Below, piece after piece: positions 47,674 through 56,346 of a DNA stretch of 64,000 nt. The translations under genes were made by a program, and so were the position numbers. The stretch is from an uncultured Erysipelotrichaceae bacterium (GTDB lineage Bacteria; Bacillota_I; Bacilli_A; RFN20; CAG-826), in NCBI GenBank assembly GCA_902800905.1, contig CADCGC010000003.1, forward strand, positions 2,283 through 66,282. Direction: 5' to 3'. Position 1 is the stretch's first letter. The number at the start of each line of letters is the position of its first letter. Under the pieces are notes generated by a model. The model was given only the letters and a program-made list of their open reading frames with translations. It had not been told where the DNA came from and searched no databases.

Positions 47674-50136
47674 ATGACCAAAAAGATATTGGCGCCACTA
47701 TTTGTAATCGCTTTAGCGGTTACAGGTTGTACTAATCCTTCAGGAGGAAACACTCCAGAAGAATATAAATCTTTTAACGCGATTAAATCAGCAATTCTTT
47801 CAAAGCACAATTATACAGCACATGTATACGCTGAATATGATGAAACACACGAAAAAATCGCAGATGCACGTTATTACAATATTAACAACGATGCTTTATA
47901 TAGTGACGCTAGCGAATATATGTATACCGGATACATCAGGCAAAAAAATCAAGGATTTATCTTATTTCAAATGCTTAAGACAGGTTCTGCTGTTATCCCT
48001 GGTTATTTCGTTGCCACTAATACTAATTTAGGTGTAAGTGACATCTATACTCTAGCTATTGAGAATTTAGTAAACGCTGATTTTTCACAAGAAGAAGATA
48101 ATACATTTGTTGCAAGAAACGCTAAGGCAGTCGCAGTTGCGGCTAATCTTGCTCTAGGAGATTTTGTTGTCTACTGTTCTGCTCCAGAAAATAACGAATT
48201 TAAAGTTACTGTTGCAGAAGACTTCTCTTCTATTACTGTTGAAGCAAAATTTGTTTATAACTATCAAGATGTTTCAGAAGGTAGCTTAGATGATACATTT
48301 AAACAAGCTCCTTTAACTGTAAGTATCACTATTGATCATATCGGTTCAACAAGGAACTCTGCAATTGAAGCATATATTGCTAACCCAGACACCACCTTCT
48401 CTAATCCAACTGATTGGGATGATGGAGTTAAGACATTATTTAAAAACTACTACAACAATTACATCCCACCATTTATGGAAGGACTAAGTTATTCATGGAG
48501 ATATGGTGAAGATGTTTCAGAAGGCAAGGTTGTCGCTCGTGTTGAAGACTATGCTTCCGGCGATTTAACAAGTAGGTACTCCACTCTTTTAGTGAATAAT
48601 GGCTATGTTAAATCGGGTAATGAATATATCAAAACCGTTCAAGATGATGCAAACAAAGTAGTTCATAAATATTACGTAAAGATGAGCTATTACGCTCCAA
48701 CTCAAAAAGACGCAAGTGGAATGGAATATGGATATTTATATCCTAACGGAGTCTTCTCAGTTAAATTCCTATACAAAGGACAAACATTGGAAGAAGTTAC
48801 AACTGTTGGATTATTAAATAGCTATCTTTCAAACACAGATGCTGGTTCGTTCATTCCTCAACTCGGGCTTGATGAAAACATTAAAGTTAGTAACTTTAGT
48901 GATAATACATATAATTCGAATAACGCTGGTAACGGAGAAATCTACGCCTTCGTTGCACCAAACAGAACTTCTTATTTCAATGTTCACATCGAAGATTATT
49001 CAAGCGCTTTAGCGTTTGTTAATTCCTACAAAGCATCATGTGAGTCTAAAGGATTCACGTTCCAAAGTGCTATGGGAGCGTCTTACGGAACAGATGAATA
49101 TGGAAGCATTATTAGAATTACTGACGTTGCATCAGTTTCTTCCTCTTCTTGGTCATCCATTAAAAAAGTTCAAATGCAATATGTCATCTTGAAAGAATCT
49201 GTTGCCCACGATTCGGGTTCAGATCCAGAAGGTCAATTATATAACATTTACACTGCTTCTAACCCAGGAGCGACCATTGATGTTTCAATGCCAGCAAGTA
49301 GAAAAGCAAAAGAAGGCAATCAAGTCATCTTTAAAGTTACAGTTACTGATGGTTATCAATTAAATGGCGTTGTAGTCAAATATGGTTCAGACAAAACTGT
49401 TGCTGTTACTGGACCAAACTTATCTACTGGAGCATACACATTCGATATGCCAGCAGCTGATGTTACAATTCATGCGATTACTTCAGCTTCAGGCGGAGGA
49501 GAAACCACCAAATACGAAGTTAAATTAGACAGCGTTACTGGCGCCGCAATTGAAGTTACTTCTCACTCTAATAGAATGGCTGCCGCAGGAGAAACAGTAA
49601 CATTTAAAGTTCACGTTAGTAGCGGCTACACTCTTGAAAGTGTATTAGTAAAAGCAAGCAATGGCAACGAAGTAAGAGTGTCAGGAAATGTTGCTACTGG
49701 TTCTGAATTCTCATTCACAATGCCATCATGTGATGTTCTAATTTGCCCAACCGTTAGTCAAAGCTCAACTCCAGGAGGAGATACTGGACTTGTTGTCGGT
49801 GCTCAATATAAACTCGCATACAATCAATATGTTGATATGATTCTTACCTTTGGTAGAGATGGCACTGGAACATATATCAAATACCGTAATAATAACAGCA
49901 CTACCGAATCAACATTATCATTCAAATATTCTGTTAATGGAGATAAAATCACTGTTACATTAGTGAGTGGAAGTGCAAGTGATTTCCCAGGATCAAGTTC
50001 TTCACGCTTAAGACTATTCTATGGTTCCGAAGTAAACGAAGTTAATGATACAGGTAAAATTAACGCTGATGGAACAATTTCATTTGATATGTATGGTTCT
50101 GATGGTGAAACCACAAAACAAACATTTAGCAAGTAG
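47674..50136 (+). CDS. Large lipoprotein (820 aa) with two internal tandem Ig-like repeats; C-terminus paralogous to the ORF at 46766
   Basis: Lipobox AVTGC. AAAGAGG RBS. Tandem ~75-aa repeats (…GNQVIFKVTVTDGYQLNGVVVKYGSDKTVAVTG…FDMPAADVTIHAI / …GETVTFKVHVSSGYTLESVLVKASNGNEVRVSG…FTMPSCDVLICP) at about nt 49268-49760. C-terminal …MYGSDGETTKQTFSK resembles …YGMGSSSTKTFNKA. Confidence 0.55.
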   Translation: MTKKILAPLFVIALAVTGCTNPSGGNTPEEYKSFNAIKSAILSKHNYTAHVYAEYDETHEKIADARYYNINNDALYSDASEYMYTGYIRQKNQGFILFQMLKTGSAVIPGYFVATNTNLGVSDIYTLAIENLVNADFSQEEDNTFVARNAKAVAVAANLALGDFVVYCSAPENNEFKVTVAEDFSSITVEAKFVYNYQDVSEGSLDDTFKQAPLTVSITIDHIGSTRNSAIEAYIANPDTTFSNPTDWDDGVKTLFKNYYNNYIPPFMEGLSYSWRYGEDVSEGKVVARVEDYASGDLTSRYSTLLVNNGYVKSGNEYIKTVQDDANKVVHKYYVKMSYYAPTQKDASGMEYGYLYPNGVFSVKFLYKGQTLEEVTTVGLLNSYLSNTDAGSFIPQLGLDENIKVSNFSDNTYNSNNAGNGEIYAFVAPNRTSYFNVHIEDYSSALAFVNSYKASCESKGFTFQSAMGASYGTDEYGSIIRITDVASVSSSSWSSIKKVQMQYVILKESVAHDSGSDPEGQLYNIYTASNPGATIDVSMPASRKAKEGNQVIFKVTVTDGYQLNGVVVKYGSDKTVAVTGPNLSTGAYTFDMPAADVTIHAITSASGGGETTKYEVKLDSVTGAAIEVTSHSNRMAAAGETVTFKVHVSSGYTLESVLVKASNGNEVRVSGNVATGSEFSFTMPSCDVLICPTVSQSSTPGGDTGLVVGAQYKLAYNQYVDMILTFGRDGTGTYIKYRNNNSTTESTLSFKYSVNGDKITVTLVSGSASDFPGSSSSRLRLFYGSEVNEVNDTGKINADGTISFDMYGSDGETTKQTFSK

Positions 50137-50148
50137 GAGGTCCCCTAA

Positions 50149-50748
50149 ATGAATAAAAAATCTATTATATTAATCTCGTCTCTTTCAACCCTATTTGTGG
50201 TTGGAATGACAGTTGTTGTTTCTAAAGGAATTGATAGTAACAATTCTCTTTTAGGAAGGGCTAGCAATGATGTTACTGAAACTTTAACATTTAATAGAAG
50301 CACTGCAGTGTATAACAAAATTAGTACATACGTATATTCGTTTGGTAAAACCTCAACATCTGGAAACAACTTCTATTTGTATTCTGATAACTGGTACAAC
50401 TTATCTTCTAGTGATTATTCAAACCACATAGTTGGTTTCTATAATTTAAGCGGTAATAGTTATTTCACATTTTCAAAATCAGCATCAGCAGTCGAAGCTT
50501 GTCGTTTCCAAACTATAAACACTATTTCAATTAGAACAACAGGTGCTGTAGCAAAAGTACTCATTTATACCGAATCAACCGACGGAATTAACTTCACCGA
50601 TGCAAGTCCAGAAGAAGTTGAAGTCAACTATTTAGGAAAAGCATTTGCGCTAAGTAATTCAGAAGCACATTACGTAAAGGTTGCCCCAAAAGCAAATGCT
50701 GAAGTTCATATTGATCAGGTATCAATCAAATACACCTGCGCTCAATAA
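50149..50748 (+). CDS. Small secreted protein of the paralogous family
   Basis: AGGAGG RBS. N-terminal TM/signal sequence. VLIYTESTDGINFTDASP and YVKVAPKANAEVHIDQVSIKYTC motifs. Confidence 0.55.
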   Translation: MNKKSIILISSLSTLFVVGMTVVVSKGIDSNNSLLGRASNDVTETLTFNRSTAVYNKISTYVYSFGKTSTSGNNFYLYSDNWYNLSSSDYSNHIVGFYNLSGNSYFTFSKSASAVEACRFQTINTISIRTTGAVAKVLIYTESTDGINFTDASPEEVEVNYLGKAFALSNSEAHYVKVAPKANAEVHIDQVSIKYTCAQ

Positions 50749-50760
50749 TCAAGAAATCAA

Positions 50761-50788
50761 GTAGCAATTTGAAATGCTACTTTTTTTC
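50761..50788 (+). terminator. Rho-independent terminator
   Basis: gtagca-atttgaaa-tgctac hairpin followed by tttttttc. Confidence 0.6.
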
Positions 50789-50809
50789 TAAATGTGTTAA
50801 TATCTTGAT

Positions 50810-52471
50810 ATGGAAATTGCAAAAGTAATTATCAATCTTCTTGTAGGATTAGTCGTCTTCGTTACCGGCATGAACTTAATGTCCACAGGACTTAAGGCTA
50901 GTGCAGGAAGATCAATCAGAAAGCTATTTAAGAAAATAAAGAACAACAAGATTGCCGCGGCTGGAATTGGAGCAGGAACTACTGCCATTATTCAATCTAG
51001 TGGTGCTACAACTGTTATGGTGGTTGGTTTTCTTTCCGCTGGAGCGTTGACTTTTGCTCAAGGTTTCTCAGTAATGTTAGGAGCGTTCTTAGGCACTACT
51101 GTTACTGGTTTACTAGTTTCCTTATCATCTTTCTCGTTCTCAATGTTTTTAATGGCGATTGCCTTTATTGGATTCATCTTAGGGTTCTTTAAAAATGCCA
51201 CTGTTAAAAGTGTTGGTCAAATATTAGTTGGATTTGGAATTCTTTTCTTTGGTCTAGAAGCTATGAAGAGTGCTTTTGCTAACGAACAAGTTCAAGGTGC
51301 ATTAGTAGAAATGCTAAGCGCAATTAGCTTCCCACTACTCTTAATGCTTATTGGAGCAGTATTAACCGCAATTACTCAATCTAGTAGTGCTACAAATGGC
51401 ATTGTCATTGTTATGGTCGCTGCTAACCCATCTTTGTTATCAAGTGGATTATATTTAGTTATTGGCGCCACTATTGGCGCGTTAATGCCAACAATTTTAG
51501 CGGCTTTAACAAGCAACACCCTCGCTAAACGTGTGACATACTCAACTTTAATTTGCAGAGCTCTTTTCGCATTAATTGCTACTTCTATCATTTGGGCATG
51601 CTCTGTTCCATTAGTGGATTGGTTAAACACCATTCCTCAAGAAAACGTTGGCCTATTATTAGCGGTATTTACTGTTATATACAACTTTATCTATATTGTT
51701 CTTATGTTGCCACTTACAAAGCCAGTTGAATTATTAGCAAACAAAATCTTCAAAGATCGTGATCGAGAAAGAAAACAAAAATCACTCAAATATATTAATG
51801 ACAACTTACTCAACACTCCTTCAGTGGCCATCATTCAAGTTAAGAAAGAAATTCAATCAATGTTAGGAATGGCAAGAGCCAACTTATTTTTTGGCTTAGA
51901 TTTTGTTATTAATCAAGATTTAAATAAAGCTAAAGAAGTTGAAGATAGAGAAGAAACCATCGACTTCATTAATAGTGAAATCAGTGATTATTTAATTAAA
52001 TTATCTGCAAAAGCAGATATTAATGATGAAGCCTTTATCGGTTCTTATTATCATGTCATTAACGATATTGAACGTATCGGAGATCATGCCTATAACTTCT
52101 TAGAGATGGCGAGAAAAATGAAAAATGAAGATCTTCAATTCTCTGATACCGCTAAAAGGGAATTTGATGAATTCATCAACATCCTCAAAGAAATGTTTGT
52201 GGTTGCAGAGAAATCGTTCATGGATGGAAGCAAAGAAGATTTGTTAAAGCTGACAGAGTTAGAAAAAGCCACTGATGAATTAAAAGACAAATTAGCGGCA
52301 GCGCATTTTGAACGAATTAAAAAGAACGAATGTAATAACGAATTATCTCCATTCCACTCCACATTATTAAGCGAGTTAGAAAGAGTGGCAGATCACTTAA
52401 CTAATGTTGGTTATTCAAGCGATAACCCAACAGGAGATGAAGAAACCCATTATCAAAGAATGGATGAATGA
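50810..52471 (+). CDS. Na+/phosphate symporter (NptA/YjbB family) with C-terminal PhoU-like domains
   Basis: Na_Pi_cotrans repeats (LVGLVVFVTGMNLMSTGLK; IIQSSGATTVMVVGF; ITQSSSATNGIVIV). C-terminal helical PhoU-like region. The ATG lies 7 nt after an extended -10 (TGTTAATAT), so the mRNA is possibly leaderless. Confidence 0.7.
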   Translation: MEIAKVIINLLVGLVVFVTGMNLMSTGLKASAGRSIRKLFKKIKNNKIAAAGIGAGTTAIIQSSGATTVMVVGFLSAGALTFAQGFSVMLGAFLGTTVTGLLVSLSSFSFSMFLMAIAFIGFILGFFKNATVKSVGQILVGFGILFFGLEAMKSAFANEQVQGALVEMLSAISFPLLLMLIGAVLTAITQSSSATNGIVIVMVAANPSLLSSGLYLVIGATIGALMPTILAALTSNTLAKRVTYSTLICRALFALIATSIIWACSVPLVDWLNTIPQENVGLLLAVFTVIYNFIYIVLMLPLTKPVELLANKIFKDRDRERKQKSLKYINDNLLNTPSVAIIQVKKEIQSMLGMARANLFFGLDFVINQDLNKAKEVEDREETIDFINSEISDYLIKLSAKADINDEAFIGSYYHVINDIERIGDHAYNFLEMARKMKNEDLQFSDTAKREFDEFINILKEMFVVAEKSFMDGSKEDLLKLTELEKATDELKDKLAAAHFERIKKNECNNELSPFHSTLLSELERVADHLTNVGYSSDNPTGDEETHYQRMDE

Positions 52472-52478
52472 AATGAAA

Positions 52479-52510
52479 AGTGAGGAATGATATTTGCCTC
52501 ACTTTTTCAT
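52479..52510. terminator. Bidirectional terminator between convergent genes
   Basis: aagtgagg-N12-cctcactt hairpin flanked by an A-run and a T-run. Confidence 0.55.
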
Positions 52511-52529
52511 TTATCACACAATAAACCCC

Positions 52530-52988
52530 TTATTTTATCTTTTTAAGGTATTCCCAAGCTTCATCTTTTAAGTCTTCATCAGAACACGCTACTTCGAGTT
52601 CGTTTTTAGCGTCATAATATTTCTTTAGCTTAAATAAGCATTCACCTTTGATGAGATGAATAAATTCTTTGTTATGGGAACATTCCGCAAGGTTTAAGAC
52701 TAAATTACAAATGATAATACCTTCTTCATAGTATTTGTGTTCGTATAGAATACGTATAGGAAAATGATAATCTTCTCCAACATCATCTTTTTGAGCAAGT
52801 TCATTAAGAAGATGAACAAGTTTAGTAGTAACATCTCTACTTAAATCATTCTTAACAAATAGTTCAATAACATCACTGAGTTCATAAAAGTCTAGTTTGT
52901 TATTTTCAAAATATTTTTTTGATAGTTCATAAACTTGTTGAAAATTCTTTGTTTTAATTAGTGATTCAACTTCTTTTTTATACATCAT
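52530..52988 (-). CDS. Hypothetical cytoplasmic helical protein
   Basis: 152 aa, predicted all-alpha (TPR-like?). No motif recognised. Confidence 0.35.
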   Translation of the reverse strand: MMYKKEVESLIKTKNFQQVYELSKKYFENNKLDFYELSDVIELFVKNDLSRDVTTKLVHLLNELAQKDDVGEDYHFPIRILYEHKYYEEGIIICNLVLNLAECSHNKEFIHLIKGECLFKLKKYYDAKNELEVACSDEDLKDEAWEYLKKIK

Positions 52989-53096
52989 TTGTTTTTCCTT
53001 ACAAAAAAATATTACCAGTTAATGGCATTATTCAACTATATATTTTCAAATATTTGACAATATAAATATAATAATAATGTTGAGGTAAAAAGATTT

Positions 53097-55829
53097 ATGA
53101 ACGCTGATATCATCCTTTTGATGGCCATTTGTTATGGCGTTTTAGGAATTTTACTCGCTATCGTATTAGTTCGTTTTGCGGTGTACAAATTTCTTGGTAA
53201 CATCACACTTTATGTAATTATCTGCTATGCGATATGCGTTGTGTTTGCAATGTACGCTAATTATCACCCACAACCAGTTGAGGTTGATGGAGTAATTATA
53301 CAGCCAGAATATGGGGATAGGTGGACAGTTGCCGCAACCTCATTCTTTGATGCTTTAAAAATGATGGCGGTCGCTTTTGAACGTGACAAAATTGATGCAT
53401 TCATCAAATCAGAAGAAATAGCAAACAGAATCTTTGGTTATGGATATATCGGTGCTTCTGTTATCGCTTTAATCTTTACCTCATTAACTGTTATTCTTGC
53501 CTACGCTAGAAATATCCACGCTAAATTAATGAACTGGCTAAGAGGTATTTTCTTAAAAAAAGGAACTGTTTATCTTTTTACCGACTCAAAAGTAACTATT
53601 ACTCTTCGTCTTGCAGAAGAGCTCAAAAAAGATGGATATGTGGTCATTACATATCTTTCTAGAGCAAGTCAAAAAACCCAAGAAGGAACAGAATTCAAAG
53701 ATCAATTTGTTGGAAGAAGTCTAGATGTTAGAATCGAACAATATGGCCAAGGAATCGCTGATTTGCTTTTCTCAAGGAGTCAATTCCCACTTGCTAGACA
53801 TATATTTAAAACCAAGAGATATGTCTATTGTTTATTCTCTGAAGATAATACGTCAATTAGTATGGCGGATTACTTCAAACGTGCAGTGACAAAGAACCTT
53901 CTTTTTAAGACTACAAAAAGAGGCATTATATTCGATGACAAATATCGCAATAATAACGGTGCAATAGATAGATTATACAAAGCTTTAGCGTTTGGAAACC
54001 CAGATGAAAGAGTGGATGCCTATCGCGCTGTTGCGGAAGTATTAGGTCTTGGTGCTGTTATTAATAAGAGAGACTTTAGAGTCTGGCGATTTGCGAGAAG
54101 ATACAAAATCTCTGATGATTCATTAGGTTACCTCATCAGTTCGTTTGATAAAGATGTTAAAAGAGTTATTAATCCAAATATCATCAAAGTTAAAAAATGG
54201 ATTAAAAGAATTGAAAATTTAAATAAGACTTGTGAAGTCAAGAGCAAGAGAATTGAGGCTCTTGAAAGATTTAAGGTGTTCATTACCTATCACGAAAGTG
54301 ATATCGATATCATCAATCACTATTCAGATTCAACATTACAAATTGTTAACACTCTATCTGAATACGATATGATTTCTTCAGACTTTGTTCTTAATAATCA
54401 AATCACTAACTTTCTTAATCTCCAATTTGACGAAAAGAACAAGGATTGTTCAATCAAAGAAAAAATTAATAACGATAATATGCACGTCACTTTCTTAGGA
54501 TTTGGGAAAATTAATCAACCAATCTTCCAAAAGATGACCTATGCATATCAGTTGTGGGATGATAATGAAAACAAAGTCCACTACCACATTCTTGATCGAT
54601 ACGCTGATGCATATCTAGAATCAGTCAAAAACATTTATACCAACAAAGAACACGCTGATAATAACAAGGATAAGTATTTCCCATTCCTTTATAGTGTGTC
54701 TACTGAGGAAGACGGCAAAGATTTAACAGATTATCAGACAGTAGAAGCATATATTTCTGAGGTTTTCAAAGATAAAAATAGATTTAGCAAAGATGGCTTT
54801 GAAATCTTTGTTGTTTCTGTTATTAACACTGCAACGAGTGTTCAAGTGGCCCTCGCACTTAGAAGAGCGATTTTGAAGCTTCAAGGAAACGACAATGATA
54901 AGACAAGAACATTAAAAACTGCTATCTTTGTAAAGATTAGCAACACTAATGTTTCAAGAAGTTTCTTCTCTAATAGTAAATTTGTTAAGAGTCAACAAGA
55001 TATTAATGATGGTCTCTTGTTAAAAGAAGAGAATCGTAGTGAAGACACTCTCGCACCAATCATTCCGTTTGGTGAAAACGCCTTAATGTCAAGATATGTT
55101 TCCACCACCCACAAACTTCTTAACGAAGTTGGTAGAACCGCTCAAAAAGCGTATGATGACACCAATAGGATTAAAAAGAGTTGGTTATTATCAGACAAAC
55201 TCAGTTATCTTTCAAACATCATGACTGCGTTCTCTATAAAGCCAAAACTCGCATTATTAAATCAAAGGCTTGATCGAGGCTTCCATCTAGTCGATAAAAA
55301 CTTCATAGAACATATTTCTTCTTTAGAGGAGTTTAGACAAAGAGAAGTTAATGAAGTTCCGCTCGATTATGATAAATACTCTAATAACGTCAAACTACTT
55401 GCCGCGTTAGAGCATAACCGTTGGTTAGTTAGCAATTATATCATCCATCAATCTGGTCAAATGTCTTTTGAATCATTCAAAAACAAGCTCAAGATTGTTA
55501 ATGAAAAACCTATCGTTGTTTCTAAGGCAAATGGGTATGCGAATCACGTTTGTATGATTACCAATAAAGGTTTAGAAGAATTAAGAAATCAAGGCTTAGC
55601 GCACTTTAGACAAATGCTTAAATTAGAAAACAAGTCTGAAGAAGAAATTAATAATAACCCAACTTACTTAAAAGCGCTTGACAGATTATACAATCTCACT
55701 CTTGTCTACGACATCAAAGCAATGATGTACGCTTTCGATGCATTAGAAAGTCCTTGCAACAAAAAAGAAAGACTCAAATTAGAAAAGGCAAAACGTAAAC
55801 ATGAACAAAAACAAAGTAAGTCCAATTGA
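53097..55829 (+). CDS. Large (910 aa) membrane-anchored protein of unknown function
   Basis: Three to four N-terminal TM helices, then ~750 aa of cytoplasmic sequence with no recognisable catalytic motif. Strong promoter-like TTGACA…TATAAT upstream. GAGGTAAAAAG RBS. Confidence 0.4.
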   Translation: MNADIILLMAICYGVLGILLAIVLVRFAVYKFLGNITLYVIICYAICVVFAMYANYHPQPVEVDGVIIQPEYGDRWTVAATSFFDALKMMAVAFERDKIDAFIKSEEIANRIFGYGYIGASVIALIFTSLTVILAYARNIHAKLMNWLRGIFLKKGTVYLFTDSKVTITLRLAEELKKDGYVVITYLSRASQKTQEGTEFKDQFVGRSLDVRIEQYGQGIADLLFSRSQFPLARHIFKTKRYVYCLFSEDNTSISMADYFKRAVTKNLLFKTTKRGIIFDDKYRNNNGAIDRLYKALAFGNPDERVDAYRAVAEVLGLGAVINKRDFRVWRFARRYKISDDSLGYLISSFDKDVKRVINPNIIKVKKWIKRIENLNKTCEVKSKRIEALERFKVFITYHESDIDIINHYSDSTLQIVNTLSEYDMISSDFVLNNQITNFLNLQFDEKNKDCSIKEKINNDNMHVTFLGFGKINQPIFQKMTYAYQLWDDNENKVHYHILDRYADAYLESVKNIYTNKEHADNNKDKYFPFLYSVSTEEDGKDLTDYQTVEAYISEVFKDKNRFSKDGFEIFVVSVINTATSVQVALALRRAILKLQGNDNDKTRTLKTAIFVKISNTNVSRSFFSNSKFVKSQQDINDGLLLKEENRSEDTLAPIIPFGENALMSRYVSTTHKLLNEVGRTAQKAYDDTNRIKKSWLLSDKLSYLSNIMTAFSIKPKLALLNQRLDRGFHLVDKNFIEHISSLEEFRQREVNEVPLDYDKYSNNVKLLAALEHNRWLVSNYIIHQSGQMSFESFKNKLKIVNEKPIVVSKANGYANHVCMITNKGLEELRNQGLAHFRQMLKLENKSEEEINNNPTYLKALDRLYNLTLVYDIKAMMYAFDALESPCNKKERLKLEKAKRKHEQKQSKSN

Positions 55830-56100
55830 TGCGTTATATGATGAAAATAACGAAGACAACATTTTTCTATATAACGAAAACGATGAACCAATAGAGTTCG
55901 CTCAAATCGCTGTCATTCCAATTGAAGAAAACGTCTATGTTATTTTAAAACCAATTGAACCAGTTGAAGGAATCGCTGATGATGAAGCGCTGGTCTTTGA
56001 AATCATTGATGATGAAGAAATTCATATTGTTCAAGATGAAAAAATAGCAACAAAAGTGTTTGATATCTATTACGAGATGTTGAACAAAGAAGGAAATTAA
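55801..56100 (+). CDS. DUF1292 (YrzB/UPF0473)-family small acidic protein
   Basis: IFLYNENDEPIEFAQIAVIPIEENVYVILKPIEP…EALVFEIIDDEEIHIVQDEKIATKVFDIYYEML fits the DUF1292 pattern. Overlaps the upstream ORF by 29 nt. Confidence 0.5.
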   Translation: MNKNKVSPIDALYDENNEDNIFLYNENDEPIEFAQIAVIPIEENVYVILKPIEPVEGIADDEALVFEIIDDEEIHIVQDEKIATKVFDIYYEMLNKEGN

Positions 56101-56204
56101 TTAACACATAAACCTAGTCTATAAGGGATTAGGTTTTTTGTTATATACACCAATAATCATAAGATTATGTTGTAAAAAACGTGTTAAATGATAAGATATA
56201 ATAA

Positions 56205-56339
56205 AGATATATCGGCAAACCCGGAGTAATTCGGCGACGCAAAGCTATAGGGTCCAAGACATTGGATAGCCAGTTGCACTCATAGGATACACTTATTTTG
56301 TGTATAAGAGTTTGTCGGTGTATTATACCGATTTTTTTA
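56205..56339 (+). ncRNA. c-di-GMP-I (GEMM) riboswitch with an intrinsic terminator, in the 5' UTR of a GGDEF cyclase gene
   Basis: GGCAAACC-CGGAG-GUAA-UUCGG-C-GACGCAAAGC…CAUUGG…GUUGCACUC aligns with the V. cholerae Vc2 aptamer (GGCAAACC…GACGCAAAGCC…UUGCACUCC), including a GNRA (GUAA) tetraloop on P1. Expression-platform hairpin tcggtgtattataccga followed by ttttttt at 56316-56339. Confidence 0.7.
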
Positions 56340-56346
56340 TAGCAAC

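Noticed and set aside
53097-55829. RyR-domain-like motif (LAALEHNRW) in the 910-aa protein
   Set aside because: It is only a short partial match without the following GW(x)YG. Too weak to call.
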